Part shown: one piece after another, positions 51,695-61,385 of the stretch
Position numbering within the stretch: position 1 is the first letter of the stretch
How the letters are laid out: every line of letters begins with the position of its first letter
NCBI RefSeq assembly: GCF_027921745.1
Contig: NC_079238.1
Span: 3,224,001 to 3,288,000, forward strand
DNA length: 64,000 nt
Source of the DNA: Schizosaccharomyces osmophilus
Lineage: Eukaryota
Reading direction: 5' to 3'
Notes under the pieces: generated by a model
Told to the model about the DNA's origin: nothing
Databases searched by the model: none
Seen by the model: the letters and a program-made list of their open reading frames with translations, nothing else
Translations under genes and position numbers: made by a program

Positions 51695-51931
51695 TCATTA
51701 GCATTTTATAAATACTTTTTTGAGGCCTGTATGTTATTTATTTGATAACTTGATTTTAGTAATGAATAGAACAACTTTTGAAGAAAGCAAGCAGACATTC
51801 CGCTCAGCTCAACTTATTTACTTAACAACAGAAAACCTACCATATTCAAATTAATAAATAAGAAAGTTATTATATTTCCAACCTTAAAACGAAAGAATGC
51901 ATGTTTACCTAAAAATACCGTAAATAGTACT

Positions 51932-53266
51932 TCATTGCAGTCGCAGAAGACTTTTTGAATTTTCATATACCAAATATGAAATAGCCACGCTAGGAGCGAC
52001 TTTGAGTAAATTAGGCGCTAAACCCTTATATAAAGCTCCAAATCCCTCCTTCTTGGTGGTCTTAAAAAAACAATCAACGAAACCATTATATGAAGCACGA
52101 TGACCAGGAGTGCCTTGCGTCTGAAGCCGTGTACGTAATACGTTCAAAGGGAAAACCAAAGTAGCTCCTATGCTACCGGAAAGTGCGCCGAAAACCATCA
52201 CCAATCCATTTGGCAGTTTTACATCCTGAGGATCCATGTTGTCTTTGCTTGAAAGTATACCGATCCAAGTCTTCTTCAAGCCTTCAAAAGTTCCTAAATC
52301 CGTGGCACTGTAGGGGAACATACCCAGTACCCCAATCAGTATTCCCCTATAGTAACCTCGTACACCATGCGATTTATACAACTGCTTCATATTTTCAAAA
52401 ACAACACTTTGTCCTGCTTTTTGGATACTATAATCACTGCACTGAATCCGAAATTTTAACGTATCGACTGGATAAATAAAAAACTGAGCAACCGTTCCGG
52501 CAAACCCACCTGCTAGATATGAATAAAGGGGATTATGTTGTTGAGTACTAGAAATACCAAAAAGAGTTTTCATAGCCTCATATGAACCAAATTTTATTGA
52601 TGATTCTGGCATGACCTTTAAAACGTTGATGCCATTCCCTACAAAAAAACCTCGAATTCCACTTCGACTGTAAAGACTCTTACTAGTATGTAATAATGTA
52701 GAGAACGGATATTTGGAAGATGGCTTTGAACATGTATCGGAAATCAACATTACTTTTAAACGATCCAAGGGAGCTGTGCACGTACGAGACACGATGCCAG
52801 CAATGCCACCGCTAAAAAAGTAGCCCATTCCATTCATAACATCATGGCTTAATAAAAAGTCACCATCTGGAAGGTTTTGTAACCTATGGAATAGAAGTTT
52901 CATATGTGGGGTATCATGCATCCAACTTTGTGGAATTATGAGGTTTTTATGATTATCATGATGAGAGGCATGAATTTTCCAATACCCATGTTTTGGGAAA
53001 TGATTTTGCTGCTGTTTTTGAACCAACTTTACGCCATGAATTGCTCGCTTCTATTTTTATAATTGTATTTAGCAATAGTTCCATTTCAAATAACTTACCA
53101 GCTCAGTTTCGTCCAAAAAGGATTGGCAATACAAATCTCTACATTTCAACAGGACGTTTATAAAATTAGGATCATGAAGTTTTCCTGGGTAAACATTATC
53201 TTTTAAAGTATTTAATCCACATGGAAGAGGACTTTGTAAAGGATTTTCAATTGTTTCTATTCGCAT
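51932..53266 (-). CDS. Mitochondrial carrier, Sal1/SCaMC (ATP-Mg/Pi)-like (SPBC12D12.05c); intron 53098-53051
   Basis: Three carrier repeats (PLDRLK, PVDTLK, PLNVLR); GNGINVLKVMPESSIKF. The intron joins the two ORFs in frame. Confidence 0.88.
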
Positions 53267-53441
53267 CCTTCCATGTCGATTTTTGGTGTGTATTATTGGA
53301 GAGTGGTAGTTAGAAGAAACTTATACCACTTCTCCAACAACCTCTTGTAATGAAATTATCATTATAGATGAAATAGCTTTTTATTTATAACCTTACTTGT
53401 ATACTAAAATTAATTGAAGGCAAGATTTATGTTTGGCATTT

Positions 53442-54555
53442 ATGTCAGGAAATTATTGGTCTTCTAGTCAGTTGTAAGTTGTTATTTGAGGTGTGTTTGT
53501 TTTGTTTTTAATCCTTTATTCATATCACATTTGAAAGGATATTAAATGTGATGAAGGTTTTTGGATTGAATTTGTTTGTGAAACATACACGCTGGGAACG
53601 AGAAACAATTACATTGAAAGTGTTTCCATTATGGTCTTTAAAAGAGGTCTCTTATATTCTTTTCTTTGGAGTTTAAAGAGACTTAGTTCTTGATGAAGTG
53701 ATTGTGCCCAACGAATGATCAATGCGTGGATATCTTTTGCAGCCTTCTTCAGCACTATACCCTCTCTTTTTCAGTTCTAGTAGTCTACAATTTACTAACC
53801 TTTAAGGCTACAATTCTACTTACCAGGGAAGCATAAGTTGTCCGAGACCAATGCCTTTAGTGAAGAATCAATTGTGCACTGGAAACGTAAGTTTGGATCG
53901 ATGCATGGTTATATGTGTGGGATACTCTAACTAGGCAAAGGAATTCAGGAGATTGGGGATAAAATTGGGCTCAACCAAAGGGTTTTGGCGACTGCTTCCG
54001 TCCTTTTGAAGCGATACTTTTTAAAGAAAGAAGAAAAAATCGAGTATACTTTGGAGCAATATGTTTCGGCTTGTGTATATTTGGCCTGCAAAGTAGAAGA
54101 GAGCCCAGTTCATATTCGGACGATTTGTAACGAAGCAAATGTACTCTGGAGTTCGTCGCTACCGATTGACAGATCTCAAGTAGCCGAATTGGAGTTTGAG
54201 ATTATTTCTGTATTGGAAGCGTATCTTATTGTTTACCATCCCTATCCGACTTTAGAACAGATCTTTCGAGATGGGTTGATTACGAAAACCCAATTGCAAT
54301 TAGCATGGTAAGACAAGTTTCAATGATTGGTACTAATGGGTTGAAAGGAATATCGTGAACGATTCATACGCTACTGATTTATGTCTTTTGGTTCACCCTC
54401 ACCAAATCGCCTATGCTGCCTTGATATTAAGTTGCTGTGATGACGAACACACGATGAATCGACTGGTAGATATACTAAAGGCGTCTGACCCGTTGAAGAT
54501 TGTTTTAAGTATTCAAGCTTTACTGTCTATTTACTACCAGGATGAAAGGGGTTGA
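53442..54555 (+). CDS. srb11: Mediator kinase-module cyclin C (4 exons)
   Basis: [49 protein letters not shown]. Introns 53474-53806, 53887-53940, 54308-54347. Confidence 0.93.
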
Positions 54556-54731
54556 AGTCTGAATGCATGTGTTGACAAGTACAGAGTGGTGTATTTTAAT
54601 AAATTGTCCAAGTCCAATTGTCCTTTATCACTGAAGATGATATGCGGGAATCATTGTATATTGCGACGACCGTTGAGGACGTGCGTGTGGATTACGATTT
54701 ATGACTATAGTTGAGCACTGCAGCTAGAAAG

Positions 54732-54806
54732 ATACCATGTATGGTTGAGAGAGTCCTCTCGACGAGAGCCACAAAGAAAGGAAGTAGGTTAAGAAGGAAA
54801 AAGAAA
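54732..54806 (+). repeat. Left arm of 75-bp inverted repeat flanking trx2
   Basis: 71/75 identical, ungapped, to the reverse complement of 55619-55693. Confidence 0.95.
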
Positions 54807-54949
54807 AATTGTTGAACAAAAAGAATACGAATGTTATAATTTCTAGAGAAAAGATGCATTCTACGTAACATGATATCACCAAGGACATTATCATTCATGC
54901 CAGAGAAAGAAATAGACAAACAGGTTTTTATCCTCATGAAACAAAAGGA

Positions 54950-55411
54950 TTATGAAGTTTCGTATTTTGCAAGAAGACCGTTGATTGCGCGAATATCAGC
55001 ACCAACGATTCGGTCCAATTCTTGACCCTTTTTAAATAGAACCACGGTAGGTAGTGCGTAAACCTCATTTGTTTGGGCAAGTTCAGAGAATTTGTCGGCA
55101 TCTACGGCAACAAAAGAGGATTTAGAATGGCTATTGCTCAACTTTTCCAAAAGAGGGCTAAGAAATTTACAGGGTCCACACCAGTCGGCATAAAAATCTA
55201 CAACGGTGACTTTGTCATCGCTAAAGAAAGTCAATTAGTATGTTATAACCGATAGATCGACTTACCTGATTTTTTGGGCATAATCCTCCATGGACTTGAC
55301 GTGTTGAACTTGTTTCAAGACAGAAGAATTCATGAACGTTCTGTGTGCGAAACCAGTCTTGATATGGCTTAAGGGACGAAGTCCTCTTGAAAAGCGATAG
55401 AAGGAATTCAT
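54950..55411 (-). CDS. trx2: Mitochondrial thioredoxin (intron 55265-55221)
   Basis: WCGPC active site; Arg/Ser-rich presequence MNSFYRFSRGLRPLSHIK from ATG 55411. Confidence 0.94.
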
Positions 55412-55618
55412 TTTTTGGAAAGGATTACCAAGTTGGAAACAGCTGTAATTTGGTTAAGGAAAGTTGTGAATCCCAGGAGCAACAGAGAGGCATAATCATA
55501 ACACCCTTTAGAATTATATGTATGGTTGTACTGAGGTTTTATAGTATCGCTTCTTTTGAATCCTAATCCTAAATTTAATCCTACTTTGGTCAAGAGTAGG
55601 ACGGATGAGAGCTTTTCG

Positions 55619-55693
55619 TTTCTTTTTCCTTCTCAGCCTACTTCCTTTCTTTGTGGCTCTCGTCGAGAGCACTCTCTCAACCATAAATGGTAT
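55619..55693 (-). repeat. Right arm of 75-bp inverted repeat flanking trx2
   Basis: Reverse complement of 54732-54806 with 4 mismatches. Confidence 0.95.
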
Positions 55694-57924
55694 TGCATTA
55701 TAGGAGGATAATAGAATCACCAACTCTGGGAACTTCCGTAGGTAAGGTAGCAAGCAACTCTTTTTGTTGAGGTAATCGTTGTTCTTCAGGAATATGATAG
55801 TATAATATAATAGAAAAGACAAACGTATAGCAATCCTCAGACTTTTGCAACATCCCACTTGTTTCGTTGGCTACTTTCCCTACCTTTTGCATGGTGGGGG
55901 GAAGTCCTTTCCTTCCTTCCTTCTTGTACCATCCCACTGACCCCCATGTAGTTCTTTTCTCCATCGATTAGTAGGAAGGGAGTCATCCTGGGGTGTAAGC
56001 ATAGGCAATGCAGCGCTGTCCCCCAAGCTGTCTATCAAACCGAAGAAGAGTACACAAGGGAAGGGTATATATTAGAAAATAAATTCGCCGTCCAAGAAAA
56101 TTTCCATCATCAAGTAAACATATTCTTACAATACAGTATAAAATAAAATAAAATAAAATAAAACGTAACAAAACAGCCAGCATCCAACATTCCATTATTT
56201 CCGTCTCGTTCTTCTTCCTACCAAACATCCATGGGAATCGGATCCCTCGTCAAAGCTAGAACTATACAGCCATTCTAGAAAGGCTCGTCAGGGCTTTGGC
56301 TAATCCTTCCTTAAATTTTCCAACCAATTAGCTAGTCCTAGGACTCCTTCAATATCAGCCTTCTCACACACTTTTACCATACCTAGACGAATAGATTTTT
56401 CTGTAGAGTGCCTATGCCGATTCCTTTCCCATAGTACCGTTCCTTTCCTCTTAGTAAAAAAGAAGGATCCTCGTTAAAAGAATATAACGTTCAGAAAACC
56501 GGGTTCGTATGTTGCTGTTTCTGAAGCGAACAGCCTTACGTCAGTACGTTCTTGTGGAGGCACCAGTTAATGAAGCTAGTTGTATTTGTGTTACCCGGAT
56601 TACCCATTCAGGTTCAGTCATTTGTTTATCAACCTTATTTCATTGGGTCGGTACTCGATGATTTGTCCATGCTGAATCCTATTCGAAGTAGAACCAAACG
56701 GTATCTCGACCCCATTTCTTTGAAAAAGAGAAAGAAAAAGGTTTTCTTTAAAAGTCGTTTCCTTTTGTCTTTTGTTATTATTTGTCTCTCTCTTTTCCTC
56801 TTTTCGTTGTTGCTTATTTCCTCCTTTGTGGAACCGCTAGCGTTTACTCATTATATCGGCTTCGTCGCTTGCATCATCTTGGGATAGTGAAACCCAGTTG
56901 GTTCGTACTTTGTGAGATTCTTCATTGTTATTTGTTACCTGTTACTTGCGTACCTGTTTCCTGCTACCTCAGCCGCGTGCGTGTGTATACATATCGCCAG
57001 TCGTGTCGTTACTCCCGTCATTATAAGTTGGTTTGGGATTATCAACCTTTCCTTTACAAACCCCAAATTAAGATCCACTTGTTTATTTGAGGGTGAATCC
57101 ACTTTTCTATACCAGAAAACGTATTCGTCCTTTCTCTTTGAACTCGGTATGTTTTTTGTTTTTATTTCCTAGACAGCTTGTCGTCGATTCTTCTGTGGCC
57201 TCTTTCGTTTCTATAGATTTCTGGCTTTCCAATGGATCCCATAAATCCAGCCATGGAATGGATATAGAACGAGCTTGAATGGTGTTGGAAATGGTATGCA
57301 TGTTTTTCGTGTAGTCTGTTTCCCAGAGGAAAACTCTTTGTTATGCAAAATTTCCCTTTTCGCCCGTTCCTCGCTCCTTCCATTGGTCCTGAATGTTATG
57401 AAGACGAATGCTTCCATTCAGGCGTGTGGATGGGTTTCTGTTTTCTAAGGAAAGAGAGGGTCCCAGCACAGTTTCCATGAATCGATGAAAGCGATAGGAT
57501 TCCACTCGTAAGGATCCATTGTTACTGACATTGTTTCTTTCTAGATTGGTAGTAATCAACTTTTTCTTCTCTTACCGGTTTAATCCATTTCCTGTTTACT
57601 AAAGCGTCGACTGAATGGTTCCGCGGGATTTTTTATCATATTGAACTCGAACTCTCTATATAAACTCCTCTCCCCCCTTGTTAATTTCCTGACGTTTCTT
57701 TCAAGTATCCGTGTAAACTGATACAGTTCTTGTTTGCATCTCCTACATACAATTCTGTATCTTTTGCTTATTTAATTCTCCTTGCATCTTGTCGAGCTCG
57801 ATTTTTCTCCAACTTAACGACCTTCAACCACATCTGTCTCTTTCAAGTTTACTTTCAAACCCCTCTCAAATTTCAGATTTTTCTTACCAACTGACTACTC
57901 TCTAAAGAAGTTACCCAGTTCACC

Positions 57925-60924
57925 ATGTTGCGTCTATCTAAGGCCGTTCGTTATTCGAGGGCCTCGCAAAACCTCCGTCTTTCAAATATTGGCTCTCTTC
58001 GCCCTTTTGCCTCTCAAGCACCTACCGACACTTTTCTTACTGGAAGTGCTGCTGATTATGTTGATGAAATGTACGAAGCCTGGAAAAAGGACCCCAACAG
58101 TGTTCATGTTTCTTGGCAAGCATATTTCAAAAACGTAAAGTCTGGCAAATCGAATCCATCTAATGCTTTTCAACCTGCTCCTTTATTAGATTACTTGGGC
58201 GACTACAATGATGTCGATTCCGCTTTGGCAAACAACAAAACTATCGGCGACGTCGATGTCAGCGTCTATATGAAAGTTCAGCTTTTGGTCCGTGCTTATC
58301 AAACCAGAGGCCATCATGTTTCCAGAATTGATCCTTTGGGTATCAACGTAAATACAAGACGCCCTTCTGAACTTACATTAGATCACTATGGGTTTACCGA
58401 AGCCGATTTGGATCGAGAGATCCGTCTTGGTCCTGGTATTCTCCCCAACTTCCGCGATGCTGGCTATGAGACTATGAAGCTTCGTGGCATCGTTGAAGCT
58501 TGTGAACGTATTTATTGTGGTAGTTTTGCTGTTGAATATACTCATATTTCTTCTCGCACTAGATCAAACTGGATCCAAGCTCATGTGGAAACACCAACTC
58601 CTTTCAAATATGACCATAATGAAAAAATGATGATTTACGATCGTTTAAATTGGGCTCACAGCTTTGAACGCTTCCTTTCCACAAAATTCCCCAATGACAA
58701 GCGTTTCGGTTTGGAAGGTTGTGAATCTATGGTTCCCGGTATGAAAGCATTAATTGATCGCTCCGTGGAACACGGTGTTAGCAATGTCGTAATTGGTATG
58801 GCTCACAGAGGTCGTCTTAATGTTCTCCACAATGTCGTTCGTAAACCAGCCCAGGCTATTTTCTCTGAATTCCGCGGTACCCAAGACCCTGAAGATGAGG
58901 GTTCCGGTGATGTTAAATACCACCTTGGTATGAACTATCAACGTCCTACTCCTTCTGGTAAGCGAGTTACTCTCTCTTTAGTTGCAAATCCTTCTCATTT
59001 AGAAGCTGAGGATCCTGTCGTGCTCGGAAAGGTACGTGCCATTCAACATTATACAAGTGATGAAGCTTCCCACGATCAATCTATGGGTGTCTTGCTTCAC
59101 GGTGATGCTGCCTTTGCTGCTCAAGGTATTGTCTATGAAACTCTAGGATTACATTCTTTGCCTGGTTATAGCGTTGGTGGTACCATCCATATTGTTATCA
59201 ACAACCAGATTGGATTTACTACTGACCCACGCTTTGCTCGCTCCACTCCTTATTGTACCGATATCGCTAAGACTATGGAAGCTCCCATTTTCCATGTCAA
59301 TGGTGATGATGTCGAGGCTACTACATTTATTTGTCAATTGGCTGCTGAATGGCGTAAAACCTTCAAAACAGACGTTGTGATCGATATCGTTTGCTACCGC
59401 AGACACGGTCATAATGAAACTGATCAGCCATCTTTTACTCAACCCCGCATGTATCAAACAATTGCTGAGCATGAACCTACTTTCGAAAAGTACACCGAAA
59501 AACTTTTGACTGAAAAGAGTATTAGTCCAGAAGAAGTCGATGCTCAAAAGAAGCGCATTTGGGGAATTTTAGAAAGCTCTTTTGAAAGCAGCAAGGACTA
59601 CAAACAGGACCAGAGCGAATGGTTGTCTAATCCTTGGGTTGGCTTTGCCTCCCATAAAGACTTGCAGAACAAGATTTTGCCATCTTACCCCACTGGTGTT
59701 GACATTTCGACTTTACAAAAACTTGGCAAATCTCTTTATGAAATGCCTGAAGGATTTGAGGCTCATCGCAACTTAAAGCGTATTCTGAACAATCGTATGA
59801 AGGCTGTAACTACCGGAAAGCAGATTGATATGCCCACCGCTGAAACTTTGGCCTTTGCTACTCTCCTTGAGGAAGGCCATCACGTTCGTGTCAGTGGTCA
59901 AGATGTTGAGCGTGGTACATTCTCTCAGAGACATTCCGTTTTGCACGACCAAAAGTCTGAAAACGTATACATTCCTCTCAATCATTTGAGCGATGGTCAA
60001 GCCAGTTTCGTTATTCGTAACTCCTCTCTATCTGAGTATGGCGTTCTAGGCTTTGAATATGGTTATTCCTTATCTTCTCCTAATGCATTGGTTGTATGGG
60101 AAGCTCAGTTCGGTGATTTCGCCAATAATGCACAATGTATTATTGATCAGTTTATTGCTGCTGGTGAACTTAAATGGTTACAACGCAGCGGTATCGTACT
60201 TTCTTTGCCTCATGGATATGATGGTCAAGGTCCTGAACATTCATCTGCTCGTATGGAAAGATATTTGCAACTGTGCAATGAGGATCCCCGTAAATTCCCC
60301 TCTGAAGATAAGTTGCAAAGACAACACCAAGATAGCAACATTCAGTGTATTTACGTTACAAAGCCGTCTCAATACTTCCATGCATTGCGCCGCAACATTC
60401 ATCGTCAATTCCGTAAGCCCTTGATTGTCTTTTTCTCGAAATCTTTGCTTCGTCATCCTGTTGCTCGTTCTGACATAGAAGAATTCGGTGAAAACCGTGC
60501 CTTTAAGCTTATTCTTGAAGAAGAAGAGCATGGTACTAAGATTCAAGCACCTGAAAAGATTGATCGTCTCGTTTTGTGCACAGGTCAAGTTTGGGTGGCT
60601 TTATCAAAGGCTCGTGATGACAATAAGATTGACAACGTTGCTTTCACTAGAATTGAACAGTTGCATCCTTTCGGGTGGAAACAAGTGGCTGAGAATATAT
60701 CTAAATATCCTAATCTCAAGGAGATTGTTTGGTGTCAAGAAGAACCTTTGAATGCTGGTGCTTGGACTTACATGGAACCTCGCATCTACTCAATTTTGGA
60801 CCATCTTGGTCGTAAACTTCCCGTTCGTTATGCCGGTCGTGCTCCATCTGCTAGTGTTGCCACTGGTAACAAGCAACAGCATATCTTAGAAACAGAGCAA
60901 TTTTTGAATGAAGCTCTCTTTTAA
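57925..60924 (+). CDS. kgd1: 2-oxoglutarate dehydrogenase E1 component
   Basis: KRFGLEG, GMAHRGRLN, TPP motif HGDAAFAAQG...NNQIGFTT, YRRHGHNE, WEAQFGDF, PHGYDGQGPEHSS. Confidence 0.98.
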   Translation: MLRLSKAVRYSRASQNLRLSNIGSLRPFASQAPTDTFLTGSAADYVDEMYEAWKKDPNSVHVSWQAYFKNVKSGKSNPSNAFQPAPLLDYLGDYNDVDSALANNKTIGDVDVSVYMKVQLLVRAYQTRGHHVSRIDPLGINVNTRRPSELTLDHYGFTEADLDREIRLGPGILPNFRDAGYETMKLRGIVEACERIYCGSFAVEYTHISSRTRSNWIQAHVETPTPFKYDHNEKMMIYDRLNWAHSFERFLSTKFPNDKRFGLEGCESMVPGMKALIDRSVEHGVSNVVIGMAHRGRLNVLHNVVRKPAQAIFSEFRGTQDPEDEGSGDVKYHLGMNYQRPTPSGKRVTLSLVANPSHLEAEDPVVLGKVRAIQHYTSDEASHDQSMGVLLHGDAAFAAQGIVYETLGLHSLPGYSVGGTIHIVINNQIGFTTDPRFARSTPYCTDIAKTMEAPIFHVNGDDVEATTFICQLAAEWRKTFKTDVVIDIVCYRRHGHNETDQPSFTQPRMYQTIAEHEPTFEKYTEKLLTEKSISPEEVDAQKKRIWGILESSFESSKDYKQDQSEWLSNPWVGFASHKDLQNKILPSYPTGVDISTLQKLGKSLYEMPEGFEAHRNLKRILNNRMKAVTTGKQIDMPTAETLAFATLLEEGHHVRVSGQDVERGTFSQRHSVLHDQKSENVYIPLNHLSDGQASFVIRNSSLSEYGVLGFEYGYSLSSPNALVVWEAQFGDFANNAQCIIDQFIAAGELKWLQRSGIVLSLPHGYDGQGPEHSSARMERYLQLCNEDPRKFPSEDKLQRQHQDSNIQCIYVTKPSQYFHALRRNIHRQFRKPLIVFFSKSLLRHPVARSDIEEFGENRAFKLILEEEEHGTKIQAPEKIDRLVLCTGQVWVALSKARDDNKIDNVAFTRIEQLHPFGWKQVAENISKYPNLKEIVWCQEEPLNAGAWTYMEPRIYSILDHLGRKLPVRYAGRAPSASVATGNKQQHILETEQFLNEALF

Positions 60925-61385
60925 ACGCTTTATAAAATGAACAGGTTTATGAAATGAACTGTAGTGATGCTATTTGTTCAAAGATATCGTTTGGCGAGAC
61001 TACAATCTGTCAATGAAAAAATATATGAGATAGGGGAACACCGTTCCGTAGAAAATTTCATGAAATATTTAATTTTGTACTCACAGTAGTATAAATGCAA
61101 ATATATTTTGTAAAATAGCAAGTAGTAAGGTCTAATTGTTGGATGATCCTTGAAAACTCACAATCATTAAAGTACTTGAAATTAGTTATTACAAATAAAA
61201 AGAAATGTAATATGTTATACAAACTCACAGGGAATAATCTTGAGTGTTATTATCATAACTTAAAAAAGTGAAGAAAAGCCTTAAGGAAATTAAGAATCAT
61301 CAAATTCATTAAACATAAACTTTCTAAAACAATATAAATAAGCAATTACACACCAAAATTTCCAACTTTAGTTTTTAATCAAAAT

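Noticed and set aside
56229..56476. Short matches to 5S rRNA (CCATACCTAGACGAA at 56377-56391, CATGGGAATC, CCTCGTTA)
   Set aside because: Fragments are 8-15 nt and not collinear with 5S spacing, so no 5S gene or pseudogene can be supported.
56552..57278. Hydrophobic ORFs suggesting a wtf-like meiotic driver or membrane gene
   Set aside because: They start at non-ATG codons, hydrophobicity is explained by T-rich composition, and there is no coherent exon structure or flanking 5S/LTR.
55700..57600. Telomerase RNA or meiRNA candidate in the long intergenic region
   Set aside because: No telomere-template-like sequence and no cluster of TTAAAC DSR motifs found.
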